This document shows, piece after piece, positions 24,101 through 35,929 of a stretch of DNA of 64,000 nucleotides. The position numbers and the translations under genes were made by a program. Under the pieces are notes generated by a model that made no database searches, had not been told where the DNA came from, and saw only the letters and a list, made by a program, of their open reading frames with translations. Origin of the DNA: Octopus sinensis (taxonomy: Eukaryota); contig NC_043014.1 in the NCBI RefSeq assembly GCF_006345805.1, positions 13,702,001 through 13,766,000 of the forward strand. The letters are read 5' to 3'. Every line of letters starts with the position of its first letter. Position 1 is the first letter of the stretch.

Positions 24101-25050
24101 TATGGCTCTCTGTATTTCAGAGCTTTTATGAACTTTAGGTAATCCATAAAAGTTGCTATCTTTGGTTCTTGAGTTGCATAGATAGTCTTTCTCCTTATCT
24201 GTAAAGGAGTCCTGGTATTCATTGACAAAAGTTCTAATTTTTTTTTCATTGTTGCTTTCTCCGGTGGTGTTGGTTCCTCTTTATAGTATGTCTGGTTGTT
24301 CAGCAACTCCAGTATCTTTTCTTTGTAGTAATCTGTATCCATAATTACTATTGCTCCACCTTTGTCAGCTTCTTTTATAATGATCGACTTGTCATTTTTC
24401 AGTTTTTGTAAGGCTTGTTTTTCTCCTCTGGGGAGATTCTGTTTGCATTTGTGTGTGTTGAGAGGGAATTTAAATATTGTCTCTATGTATGCGTCAAGGT
24501 GTTTGTCACTTCCCTTGTGAAATGGGATTTTTTTCTTATGATTGAGTTATCTTCTGTTTCCTTATTTCCAAAGAATTCCATAAGGCGGAGGTGGCGGCTG
24601 AAGTTGTCTATATCAGTTTTTAGTTCTATGAGATTTGGAGTGGGTGTGGGTGTAAATTTGAGGCCTTTTAGTAGTAGGTTCATTTCATTTTCATTAAGTT
24701 CTCTTTTAGATAGGTTTATTATTTTGGGGCCTATGTGCTTTGTGTGTTCATTCTGAATTTTTGGTGTATTGGGTCTGGAGTATGGTTGAAGTATCCTTTC
24801 CCTAAAAAGGGGGTTGTGTTGTTGCGTCTCCAAATTCCATTTTCAGGTCTTAGGTTTTCTTGTAGCAGAAGGGGTGGTTTGTATGTGTTGTTTCGTCTTT
24901 GGTAGTTGTTTTCTGCCCATCTTCTGTGTTTGTTGAGCCAATTTCTATTACTGGTATTGCATATTTTGCAGATTTGTGTTAGGTCTTCTGTGTGTTTGGT
25001 ATAAGCCTGTTGTGGGTTGGATTCTGTTCCATTCTTTTCGATGTTTTCTG
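21198..25050 (-). mobile_element. Penelope-like retroelement (Neptune-like), near full length, frameshifted
   Basis: KIINLSKRELNENEMNLLLKGLKFTPTP; ADKGGAIVIMD; GTAMGTKFAPSYANL; YLDDCF; Cys-rich linker; GIY-YIG region NVIYYITCPTCKEDYIGETG..RIH. About 1.3 kb of repetitive 3' region. Both ends abut (TA)n. Confidence 0.92.
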
Positions 25051-25055
25051 TATAT

Positions 25056-25084
<29 letters not shown>

Positions 25085-25087
<3 letters not shown>

Positions 25088-28020
25088 CATCATCATCGTT
25101 TAACGTCCGTTTTCCGCGCTAGCATAGGCTGGACGGTTCGACCGGGGTCTGGGAAGCCAGGGGCTGCACCAGGCTCCAGTCTGATCTGGCAGTGTTTCTA
25201 CAGCTGGATGCCCTTCCTAACGCCAACCACTCCGCGAGTGTAGTGGGTGCTTTTTACGTGTCACCGGCACAGGTGCCAGGGGAGTCTGGAATCGGCCATG
25301 ATCGGTTGGTGCTTTTAACGTACCACCGGCACAGAAGCCAGCCAAGGCGGTGCTGGCATCGGTCACGTTTGGATGGTGCTTTTTATGTGCCACCGGCACA
25401 GAAGCCAGTCGAGGCGTCACTGGCATCGGCCACGTTTGGATGGTGCTTTTTATATGCCACCGGCACAGGTATCACAACTACTATTTCCATTGATATTTAT
25501 TTTGATGTTCATGTACTTGACTCAATAGGTCTCCTCAAGCACAGCGGGATGTTCTGGAATCCAAGGTACTTTGAATGGGCAAGGGCTATGTGGAACTGGT
25601 GCAGGAAGCAGCCCGGGTCTTTGCAGTCACAGCATATCTCCAGAGATCTCGGTCCTTCGCCATTGCCTCTGTGAGGCCCAATGCTCTGAGGTCATGCTTG
25701 ACTACCTCATCCCATGTCTTCCTGGGTCTACCTCTCCCCCTGATACCTTCAACTGTTTGGGAGCGGCACTTCTTCACACATCTCTCCTCATCCATCCGCA
25801 GTACATGACCATACCACCGCAAGCGTCGCTCTTGCACACCACATCTGATGCTTCTTATGTCCAGCATTTCTCTCAGGGTGCTTACCCTCTGTCGTGCGCG
25901 CACACTGACATTACACATCCAGCGGATCATGCTAGCTTCGTTTCTTTCAAGTCTACGCATGTCCTCTGCAATCACGGCCCATGTTTCTCTACCGTGAAGC
26001 ATGGCAGTTCATACACATGCGTCATAGAATCTACCTTTCACTCTGAGCGAGAGACCCTTTGTCGCCAGTAGGGGTAGGAGCTTTCTAAACTTTGCCCAGG
26101 CTATTCGTATTCTAGTGATGACACTCTCCCAGGTAGCGGAAACTATCAACTACTTCTAGTTTCTCCCCCTGGAGTGTGATGGAATCTGTTTTCTGAGTAT
26201 CTGTGGTGTCTATTGTCCCTGTGCATCTGACGCACATGAAAGCTATCTTCTCAGTTAATTTCCCTTTGATGTTGCTGCACCTCTTATGCATCCATAGCTT
26301 ACACTGGGTACATCTTATGGAGTTTCTACCTACACCTTTCCTACAGATCGAGCAGGGCCATCTATGAGAGCCTGGTCATCAGCATAGAGGAGCTCCCAGG
26401 GGCAATCTGTTTTGAATTCCTCTGTTATTGCCTGGAGGACTATGATGAATAAAAGGGGACTGAGGGCTGAGCCTTGGTGTACACCTACTTCTACCTGGAA
26501 TTCTTCACTATATTCGTTGTCAATCCTAACATTGCTGACAGGCTCTCTGTATAGGGCCTGTACAACCCTTATTAGCCATTCATCAATCTCCAGTTTCCGC
26601 ATCGACCACCAGATAAGGGATCAGGGGACCCTGTCAAAGGCTTTCTCCAAGTCCACAAAAGCTATGTAGAGGGGTTTATCTTTAGCTAGGTACTTCTCCT
26701 GCAGTTGTCGGACCAGGAATATAGCATCAGTGGTGCTTCTACCCGGCACAAAACCGAACTGCATCTCATCTAAGCAAATTCTCTCCCTAATGAGATGGGT
26801 TATGACCCTCTCTGTGACCTTCATCACCTGATCCAACAGTTTAATACCCCTGTAGTTATTTCTATCTAGAGCATCACCCTTACCCTTGTAGCAGTTGACT
26901 ATGGTGCTGCTACGCCAGTCATTGGGTATGAATCCATTATGAACTACCTGGTTTACAATGCAGGTGACTAGGCCATAGCCCACATAACCAGCTGTTTTAA
27001 GCATCTCAGCAGTGATTCCTGATGGGCTGGGGGCTTTACCTGGTTTCATACCCTTAATTGCCTTAACTACAAGGGAGCCGTCTATTCGGATAGCTGGTCC
27101 CTCTCCTGGGTCAACATTTGGCAGGCTCTCCTCCTCCCATTCATTCTCCACATTCAGCAGTCTTTCATAATGGCTTCTCCAAGCCTCTTTCTTTTCACCA
27201 TCATTAAAAGCAAGTGCAGCATCATCCATGCGGACACATTTCTTTTCTGTAACATCACTATTTTCTCTCACACACTGTCTGGCAATCCGAAATACCTCAG
27301 TTCTTTGGTCCTCACGTCGCTGGACATTGGCAAACTTCTTCTTTTCTGCTACATCTTTGGCTATGTATACCTGCTGCCCAGCCTCCCTTTTGGCTACCTG
27401 GTACAGTTCCCTGCTACCCCCATCCCTCCAGGCTTTCCAGGCCTGTTTCTTTGCACTAATGGCTTTGTCTACTGCACTATTCCACCACCACGTAACTCTA
27501 AGTTTGGAAGGGACTTTGCCTCATCCACAGACTTGGTCTGTGGCACTCAGCAAGCGGTCCTGTAGGAATTTCCAGCTACCTTCTATGTCCGACGTCTCTA
27601 GCTCCCCCTCCCTCTCATCAAATTTCTTGATGAGGATGTCCCTAAATCTTTGACCATGTGAAGGGTTCTTTAGCTTCTAAATCCTTCTTTTCTGGATTGG
27701 TCTGTTTCTTGGAATCCTTCTGGCCTCAAGCCTAAAGTCACTAATGATTAGCCTATGCTGAGGAATACATTCTTCACCCGGGAGGGTCTTTGTATTTAAG
27801 AGCAACCCTGCATCCCGCTGTCTGGTGAGGATGAAGTCTATTTGCCTAGCGGAGTCTCCTGACTGATAGGTTATAAGGTGGCAGTCAGGCTTCCTGAAGT
27901 TAGTGTTGCAGATTAAAGGTTACATGCATCACAGAATTCCAGTAGTCTAGTTCCCTCATCATTTCTGATGCCAATACCATGGCCACCGTGTACCCCAGTG
28001 AAGATACCCGATTCCCGCCC
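25085..28020 (-). mobile_element. RTE-clade LINE (endonuclease C-half, RT, 3' UTR, tail), multiple lesions
   Basis: EN motifs RNDEGTRLLEFC, NTNFRKP..ITY and QIDFIL. RT blocks as in 12207-13932. (GAT)n tail at 25085-25100 on the minus strand. Confidence 0.95.
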
Positions 28021-28227
28021 AACATGCCCATACATATATACATATACATATACATATATATACACAGTTTATGCAATACTCTAAGTGAGAATTTATGTGA
28101 TGCTTGTGGTTTTAAACATTAGAGTGGCATTTCATCAAACCTCTTCTAATCACCTTCTCACTATAAGTAGTTATTATCATCGTTATCAAATTCACCTGTC
28201 TTTTCCTTTTGTTTTTTGTCTGCTTAA

Positions 28228-28892
28228 CCCTTTAGTGTTCGCATTATTCTGCCAAAAAAAAAGCTTTTTCATCCACATTGCCTCTGTGAGGCCCAATGCT
28301 CTGAGGTCATGCTTGACTACCTCATCCCATGTCTTCCTGGGTCTACCTCTCCCCCTGATACCTTCAACTGTTTGGGAGTGGCACTTCTTCACACATCTCT
28401 CCTCATCCATCCGCAGTACATGACCATACCACCGCAAGCGTCGCTCTTGCACACCACATCTGATGCTTCTTATGTCCAGCATTTCTCTCAGGGTGCTTAC
28501 CCTCTGTCGTGCGCGCACACTGACATTACACATCCAGCGGATCATGCTAGCTTCGTTTCTTTCAAGTCTACGCATATCCTCTGCAGTCACGGCCCATGTT
28601 TCTCTACCGTGAAGCATGGCAGTTCATACACATGCGTCATAGAATCTACCTTTCACTCTGAGCGAGAGACCCTTTGTCGCCAGTAGGGGTAGGAGCTTTC
28701 TAAACTTTGCCCAGGCTATTCGTATTCTAGTGGTAGCGGAAACTATCAACTAGCTATGAGATTTTGATGAGGTAGCTGTTAATTTTTAAAACAACATTGT
28801 AGGGTTGGTGTGAGAGACCAGATCTGACCATTTTGAACATAAAACAGGCAGAATACTTTTGGCCGGATATGGCCGGTTTAAATGCTAAAGGG
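28228..28892. mobile_element. piggyBac-like MITE (TTAA TSD) interrupted by an RTE fragment
   Basis: TTAA|CCCTTTAG (TTAA 28224-28227) ... CTAAAGGG|TTAA (28893-28896). An uninterrupted 200-bp relative lies at 61324-61523. Confidence 0.75.
28277..28752 (-). mobile_element. Internal RTE RT fragment without tail, near-identical to 25661-26152
   Basis: Three substitutions and one 15-bp deletion by manual comparison. Confidence 0.9.
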
Positions 28893-29124
28893 TTAATGTT
28901 GCCCCAAGAGACAAACTGAAATTAATATTTACCCATCAAATGAAATGTGGTACCACTGACAATGCTGTGACGACGGACCATTCCCGATACACTTATTTAC
29001 TATGTATTGTGTTTTCCTCATCTATTAACCTCCTCAGCTTCCCCTCCTCCTCCTTCTTCTTCTTTGTATTCTTCTTCCTCTTCATCCTTCCCACATGATC
29101 TCTATTCCAATTATTTATTCCCTA

Positions 29125-29515
29125 ACTCTTTTACTTGTTTCAGTCATTTGACTGTGGCCATGCTGGAGCACCACCTTTAGTCGAGCAAATCGACCCCAGG
29201 ACTTATTCTTTGTAAGCCTAGTACTTATTTTATCTGTCGCTTTTACCGAACTGCTAAGTTACAGGGATGTAAACACACCAGCATCGGTTATCAAGCGATG
29301 TTGGGGGGGACAAACACAGATACACAAACACACACACACATATATATATACATATATATGACAGGCTTCTTTCAGTTTCCGTCTACCAAATTTACTCACA
29401 TGGCTTTGGTAGGCCCGAGGCTATAGTAGAAGACTCTTGCCCAAGGTGCCACGCAGTGAGACTGAATCCGGAACCATGTGGTTCATAAGCAAGCTACTTA
29501 CCACACAGCCACTCT
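29125..29515 (-). mobile_element. SINE family A
   Basis: Full reverse-complement copy; a partial plus copy follows at about 29780-29935. Confidence 0.9.
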
Positions 29516-29937
29516 TCTATACTTTTATTTACTTTTTGCATCCTTCTGATATAAACAAAAAAAAAAAAACCATTGTCTGAAGATGCACAATATGCATCTG
29601 AAGGCAGGTCCCTTTGATGCAAGTCTAATGGAGTACCACTCTAATGCTAAAACCACAAATATTACGTAAATTTTCACTTTGAATAATGTGTTAAACTAGC
29701 GTTGCAAGCAGTGTTGGTTCAAAACCAATTGTAATAAATCATTAAGGATGTGTTAAAGGACTTGTGTCTTATTCTTTGAGCTGTGTGGTAAAAAGCTCAC
29801 TTCCCAACCACATGGTTTCAGGTTCAGTCTCACTGAGTGGTACCTCAGGCAAGTGTCTTCTACTATAGCATCAGACCAACCAAAGCCTTATGAATGGATT
29901 TGGTAAGACAGAAACTAAAAGAAGCCTATAATATATA

Positions 29938-30232
29938 TATCACCATGACTGACCAGGCTATCAGATGTTGCTACACATTGCTGGTCACAATGTGCATTGC
30001 ATTGTTTTAGCCTTCAAATGACACCACCCTGCTGGCTAAGCGAGCAGGCCAACAGAGGAAAGAGTGAGAGAAAGTTGTGGCGAAAGAGTACAGCAGGGAT
30101 CGCCACCATCCCCTGCCGGAGCCTCGTAGAGCTTTTAGGTGTTTTCGCTCAGTAAACACTCGGTCTGGGAATCGAACTGCGATCCTACAACCACAAGTCC
30201 GCTGCCCTAACCACTGGGCCATTGCGCCTCCA
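29938..30232 (-). mobile_element. SINE with family-C tRNA head but a different 3' body
   Basis: Same GGAGGCGCAATGGCCCAGTGG head. Body (GGCCTGCTCGC..GAAGGCTAAAACAATG..CTGATAGCCTGGTCA) also seen alone at about 7200-7320(+). Confidence 0.75.
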
Positions 30233-30249
30233 CTATATATATATATATA

Positions 30250-30510
30250 TCATCATCATCATCATTGTTTAACGTCCGTTTTTCGCGCTAGCATGGGTTG
30301 GACGGTTCGACCGGGGTCTGGGAAGCCAGGGGCTGCACCAGACTCCAGTCTGATCTGGCAGTGTTTCTACAGCTGGATGCCCTTCCTAACGCCAACCACT
30401 CCGCGAGTGTAGTGGGTGCTTTTTACGTGCCACCTGCACAGGTGCCAGAGGGGTCTGGCATCGGCCACGATTGGTTGGTGCTTTTTATGTGCCACCGGCA
30501 CAGAAGCCAT
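30250..30510 (-). mobile_element. RTE 3' UTR/tail fragment
   Basis: CATCATCATTGTTTAACGTCCG.. family end. Similar pieces at 32196-32400(+), 41020-41325(-), 42430-42630(+), 50555-50650(-) and 6375-6720(-). Confidence 0.85.
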
Positions 30511-30642
30511 TCGATATATATATATATATATATACAGTTGAAAAATGTCAATTCATTATGGCTGTTTCTAATAACTTTTTTAATTGATTATTCTGACCTA
30601 ATGAGATACCTCAACTTAAGTACCTAATTCAACTGAATCTTT

Positions 30643-30674
<32 letters not shown>

Positions 30675-30960
30675 AGTATATATCAATATGTGTGTGTGTG
30701 TGTGTGAGTATATATCAATATGTGTGTGTGTGTGTGTGTGTGTCGTTCCCCCACTACCACCACCACCACTTGACAAACAGTGTTGGTGTGTTTATGTCCA
30801 CGTAACTTAGCAGTTTGGCAAAAAAACAAAAAAAACAAAGAACAATAGAATAAGTACCAGGCTTTAAAAAATGTCCTGGAGGAGATTTGTTCAACAAAAC
30901 CCCTCCAAGATGGTGCCCCAGCATGGCCACAGTCAAATGAGTGAAGCAAGTGAAAGATAT

Positions 30961-31160
30961 TGTGTGGGCAAAAAGTCATGCACCAAATAAGGTCAATACG
31001 CTTCAGAATCATCAAAGACATTTTTCAACTTTTCTAAAATTGAATAAAATAAACAAAACAATGATAAACACACACACACACATACTTGTAACATGATGAA
31101 CAAACTGAATAACCTTATATAAATGTCAAATGTTTTGGTGCGTAACTTTTGGCCCACTCT
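30961..31160. mobile_element. Degenerate Tc1/mariner-type MITE
   Basis: Imperfect 28-bp TIRs TTGTGTGGGCAAAAAGTCATGCACCAAA and revcomp CAGAGTGGGCCAAAAGTTACGCACCAAA, flanked by TA-like sites. Confidence 0.5.
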
Positions 31161-31162
31161 GT

Positions 31163-31462
31163 ATGTATGTATATATATATATATATATAAAAGTCAAGTT
31201 GTGTGTCTGTCTCCTACGATTTAGATTCCTAACTACTCCCACATTTTGCAGTGCAGTTTAACCAAAACCGGGTATCTTATAGTCGTGATTCATATCGAGC
31301 CCTTCTGGGTATTAGCGCGCGTCTACGATGAGGCTACGGTCTTTAAAAAAATTTACCATAATTTTTTTTCCATTTTAATGCATTTTTTGGCTATAACTCT
31401 CTAAAAATGCTTATATAGTTATTTCCCTTACAAACCCGAGCAATGCTGGGCGATACTGCTAG
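31163..31462 (+). mobile_element. Non-autonomous Helitron, short variant
   Basis: Same family as 13976-14369, lacking about 100 bp of internal sequence; ends CTAG at 31459-31462. Confidence 0.82.
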
Positions 31463-31472
31463 TATATATATA

Positions 31473-31876
31473 TCTTTATATATAAAAGTAAGGTTGTGTG
31501 CTGTCTGTCTCCTACGATTTAGATTCCTAGCTACTCCCACATTTTGCGGTGCAGTTTAACCAAAACCGGGTATCTTATAGTCGTGATTCATATCGAACCC
31601 TTCTGGGTATTAGTGCATGTCTACGATGAGTCTACGATTTAAAAAAAAATTTACCATCAATTTTTCTCATTTTTAATGCATTTTTGGCATATATAAGGGA
31701 AGTAACGCTCTAAAAATTTATTATTAAATCTCAGAAAGTAAAAAGCTACATACAGTAACACCCCCTCCCTCTTTGTGGTTAGCCATATTGAGATGGCTAT
31801 TATACTTTACATCTCTAAAAATGCTTATATAGATATTTCCCTTACAAACCCAAGCAACGCCGGGCGATACTGCTAG
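31473..31876 (+). mobile_element. Non-autonomous Helitron, long variant, 10 bp after the previous copy
   Basis: A|TC start at 31473; hairpin plus CTAG|T at 31873-31876. Confidence 0.85.
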
Positions 31877-31951
31877 TATATATATATATATATTTATATG
31901 AAAAAACAAGTCAAGATAGAAAATGCTAAAATAATTTTATAAAAAACATTT

Positions 31952-31989
31952 CAGTACCGGTTTCGGTCATTTTGAGACCTTTTCAACTG
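31952..31989 (-). ncRNA. Minimal type-I hammerhead ribozyme motif, U3-A8 core variant
   Basis: Minus strand reads CAG-TTGAAAA-GGTC tcaaaat GACC-GAAA-C cg G-TA-CTG. Stems I (3 bp) and II (4 bp) pair and stem III is the palindrome ACCGGT. Lies in a pLTR-like remnant (about 31897-32190) next to (TA)n. Confidence 0.6.
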
Positions 31990-32398
31990 TAACGATTAAA
32001 TAATTAAATTTAGAAAAATTAAAAGAAAAGTTTTTTTAAAAGAATATTTGTATAGTGTTCAAATATAAGTGGCATTTTCCTTGTTTCTGCCTTTCTCTGT
32101 CTCTCTTGTTTGCACTTGTGTGTTCGAGGTTGTTGTGAATTCTTGGTAGGGAAGGAGAAGAAGAAGAAGGATGATGAGGAGAAGGGGGGGAAATATCTGG
32201 CACCAGTGCGGGTGGCACGTAAAAAGCACCCACTACACTCACGGAGTGGTTGGCGTTAGGAAGGGCATCCAGCCGTAGAAACACTGCCAGATTTGACTGG
32301 GCCTGATGAAGCCTTCTGGCTTCACAGACCCCAGTAGAACCGTCCAACCCATGCTAGCATGGAAAACGGACGCTAAATGATGATGATGATGATGATGA

Positions 32399-32459
<61 letters not shown>

Positions 32460-32816
32460 TTACTTGTTTCAATCATGTGACATGTGGCCATACTGCAGCA
32501 CCGCCTTTAGTCGAGCAAATCGACCCCAGGACTTATTCTTTGTAAATCTAGTAATTATTCTATCAGTCTCTTTTGCTGAACCACTAAGTTATGGGAACGT
32601 AAACACACCAGCATCGGTTGTTGGGGTGGGGGGACAAACACAGACACACAAACATATATACGATGGGCTTCTTTCAGTTTCTGTCTACCAAATCCACTCA
32701 CAAGGCTTTGGTCGGCCCGGGGCTAAAGTAGAAGACACTTGCCCAAGGTGCCACACAGTGGGACTGAACCTGGAACCATGTGGTTCGTAAGCAAGCTACT
32801 TACCACACAGCCACTC
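32460..32816 (-). mobile_element. SINE family A
   Basis: Reverse-complement copy. Confidence 0.88.
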
Positions 32817-33142
32817 CACCCTGCCAAATATTGTATGAACGTTACAGATTACAATACTACATGGGACCTTTCGTTTACCTGTTTAACATGGTGGAGGGTA
32901 GGAGGCGATCTGAAGGAAATTTGACTGCTATTTCTAGTAGATGGAGAAAACACGTCAAGGCTCCTTCATAGGCATAATGTTGATTGTGTTAGTATTGAGG
33001 GTGGCGGCGGTGATGACGGTGGTTGCAATCCACAGATCTAGAAACAGATTATTTTGGTACCTATGGATTCAGGACTTTGATGGACTATGTTAGCAATGAT
33101 TAGGTGTTAAGTAAATGTTTATTTATATACACCCATACACAA

Positions 33143-33541
33143 AGGCGCAGGAGTGGCTGTGTGGTAAGTAGCTTCTTTACCAACCACATGGTTCCGGGTT
33201 CAGTCCCACTGCGTGGCACCTTGGGCAAGTGTCTTCTACTATAGCCTCGGGCCGACCAAAGCCTTGTGAGTGGATTTGGTAGACGGAAACTGAAAGAAGC
33301 CCGTTGCATATATGTATATGTATATGCGTGTATGTGTTTGTGTGTCTGTGTTTGTCCCCCTAGCATTGCTTGACAACCGATGCTGGTGTGTTTATGTCCC
33401 CGTTACTTAGCGGTTCGGCAAAAGAGACCGATAGAATAAGTACTGGGCTTACAAAAGAATAAGTCCTGGGGGTCGAGTTGCTCGATTAAAGGCGGTGCTC
33501 CAGCATGGCCGCAGTCAAATGGCTGAAACAAGTAAAAGAGT
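33143..33541 (+). mobile_element. SINE family A, full length
   Basis: Complete head to tail; inverted relative to 32460-32816. Confidence 0.92.
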
Positions 33542-33730
33542 AAAGGTCCACTACAAGGCCCAGTGGGGTGACTTGTAAACCTCGATGACCCTGAAAGTTA
33601 TGTCAATGGAGTGCAAGCTCCAGCTAGGGCCTCCCTTTCTAGGCAGATCAAAGGAGAGGACGTAAAGACAGATGACATGTTGTTAAGCATTTTGTCTGGC
33701 TAATGGTTCTGCCAGCATGCCACCTTAGTA

Positions 33731-33779
<49 letters not shown>

Positions 33780-33780
<1 letters not shown>

Positions 33781-34850
33781 TAGAAGAAATGAGGTACTCA
33801 GAAGATCGGATGGTTTATATTTACAGATCTTTATTTATATATTACATTTTTTATATACATATCATATCATTTAGATCATTAGCGCTTTCTCCCATTCTAG
33901 TGGGGTTTTCAAATCAAACTAAGTTCCTGTGTGAGGAATTTTGATCATTTTATAGTTTCCTAGTGGTGGGGAGGAATATAAGACAGTACAAGAGGATGAT
34001 GGATGAGGAGAAAGTGAGAGAGAGAACATGTGTGTATGTGTGTGTGTGTTTTTGTATCTGGGATGAGTGCTAAAGCGAAAGAGGGGAAGGGAGAGGGAAG
34101 AAGAAGAAAAGAATTTTTTTGGTCTGCTGGACAGAATATTGACTCCAAGGGAGTTCTAAGGCCTTAGGAAAAAAAAAGGAATTTCAGCTTTGACCACTTC
34201 ACAGTGTCTCTGAGTGTGTGGTGGCAGGGAGGCAGGCCATAAATTATATTTCCTTTTATCATTGTGAGAATGGTCAAATGCTTTTTTGGGTTTAAGAATT
34301 CTTTCCACTTTTTATGAGGTGTGTGTGTGTCCGTGTGTTTGTGTATGTGTGTGTGTGTGTGTGCGTGTGTGGGTGTCTGTGTGTTTGGAGAAGGGAAGAG
34401 ATAAAAAAAAGGAAAAAGAAAAAGAAAAATAAGGGAGGAAGGGGAAAAAGTTGTGTTGATATTTATACCACTATATATATATACATGCTTATACATGAAA
34501 TATTAGAAAAAAAAAAAACACCTTTTATCGATTCAAAATGAACAACTAAATTACACCATCTTCAAAATTGCATATCATAGGAAAGTTAAAATTAAAATGA
34601 CAATTAAAAAGTAAAGATGAAGTAAATTACAAAAATAATATAATGTATATAACAGGTAATATATATATATACACACATATATATATATACATATACACAC
34701 ACATATTAAATGTTCTACTATATTATATTGTAAATCGAAAGATTTGTCCTTCACTGTATGATGAGTAAAATTTTAGCCATTTAATTTGGGGGGAGAACTT
34801 AGCTATGAAATATTTTTCCATATTCCTCCTGAAAGAGGTGTCGTTCTTCG
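33780..34850 (-). mobile_element. 3' remnant of the Neptune-like Penelope family
   Basis: PKNDTSFRRNMEKYFIAKFSP matches the C-terminus at 22503-22580. The distal end resembles 21198-21400, including a TTGAAAA..GAAAGCGCTA motif at about 33878-33914. Confidence 0.75.
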
Positions 34851-34865
34851 GATATATATATATGT

Positions 34866-35271
34866 GGATCTTTTCGGTTTGAACGGCAGTTTTTTCTAGC
34901 GGTGTCATATGAAATTGTCACCCATAATTATGACCCTAGTATCGATCTATTGCATTTCAATCTGTTTTAGGGTTAGGGTTAGAGGTGGGGGGAAGGGTAT
35001 CTTTTTTCTTCACAAATGTAAATAAACCCAATCTGTTTCTTAAACGAGGGACATAGTCATACGGCACAGAATGTTTTTTTTTACCTCAATAGACGTCATT
35101 GATTGGTTGAAATTGCAGAAATTGAAGAAGAAAAAAAACAACAAATATGTTACAAACTATAGAATTTTCTCAATAAAGCCAAGAGAAAAATATCTTTTAT
35201 AAACACATTCTACCAGTATACGAGTTACCTAGAAATTATGTTAAAAACTGCCGTTCAAACCGAAAAGATCC
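34866..35271. mobile_element. TIR MITE (Mutator-like) carrying TTAGGG repeats
   Basis: Perfect 29-bp TIRs GGATCTTTTCGGTTTGAACGGCAGTTTTT (34866-34894 and 35243-35271); TTAGGGTTAGGGTTAGAG at 34967-34984. Confidence 0.85.
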
Positions 35272-35414
35272 ATATATGGATATATGTATCATGTTGACTG
35301 TCCACTTTTTCGTGTTCAGTCCTTAATTGGTATATATAAATATTTTAATCTTCGGATTCTTTTTAATGTGCTAGACCACTGGTTTTAATTGACTAATATC
35401 AATTTTTACCCTTA

Positions 35415-35471
<57 letters not shown>

Positions 35472-35491
35472 ATCACATATTTGCTGGTTAA

Positions 35492-35929
35492 AGGATGACC
35501 AGAGGCTAAACAATTACGTATTGTACTAAATCTCAGTTATCCTAAGCAGTAGGATACGTTAGGATAGACAGATGGTCATTTCTACACAAGTGTGTCCACT
35601 CTTCATGATTTTGTTTCCTCATAACTTACAGTAAGATGTATATTTTTCAATGAAACTTTGGAATCTCTTTCAGATTATGTAAATTACGATTTTATCGGAA
35701 TTTGTTATGAATTTTTTTTCGGTTGGGAGGAAAGAGGTGTTTTGGATATTTCACACAAGATATTTTTGTTTCCTCATAACTTTCAGAAAAATGAGTATTT
35801 TTTAATCACATTTTCTACTGATATCTTTCAGATAGTGTAGATTACGATTATATTAGAATTTAATGTAAGGAACAAAAAGTTGGTGGGTGTGCAGACATTT
35901 ATTCTAACATACATATGACACTGCATCCT
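35492..35929. mobile_element. Kolobok-like MITE (TTAA TSD, AGG termini)
   Basis: TTAA|AGGATG (TTAA 35488-35491) ... CATCCT|TTAA (35930-35933). The TIR match is short, so the superfamily call is inference. Confidence 0.5.

Noticed and set aside
29575-29665. Possible minus-strand exon (ALEWYSIRLASKGPAFRC..)
   Set aside because: The donor is weak, and part of the sequence resembles 28105-28135, which suggests an old repeat.
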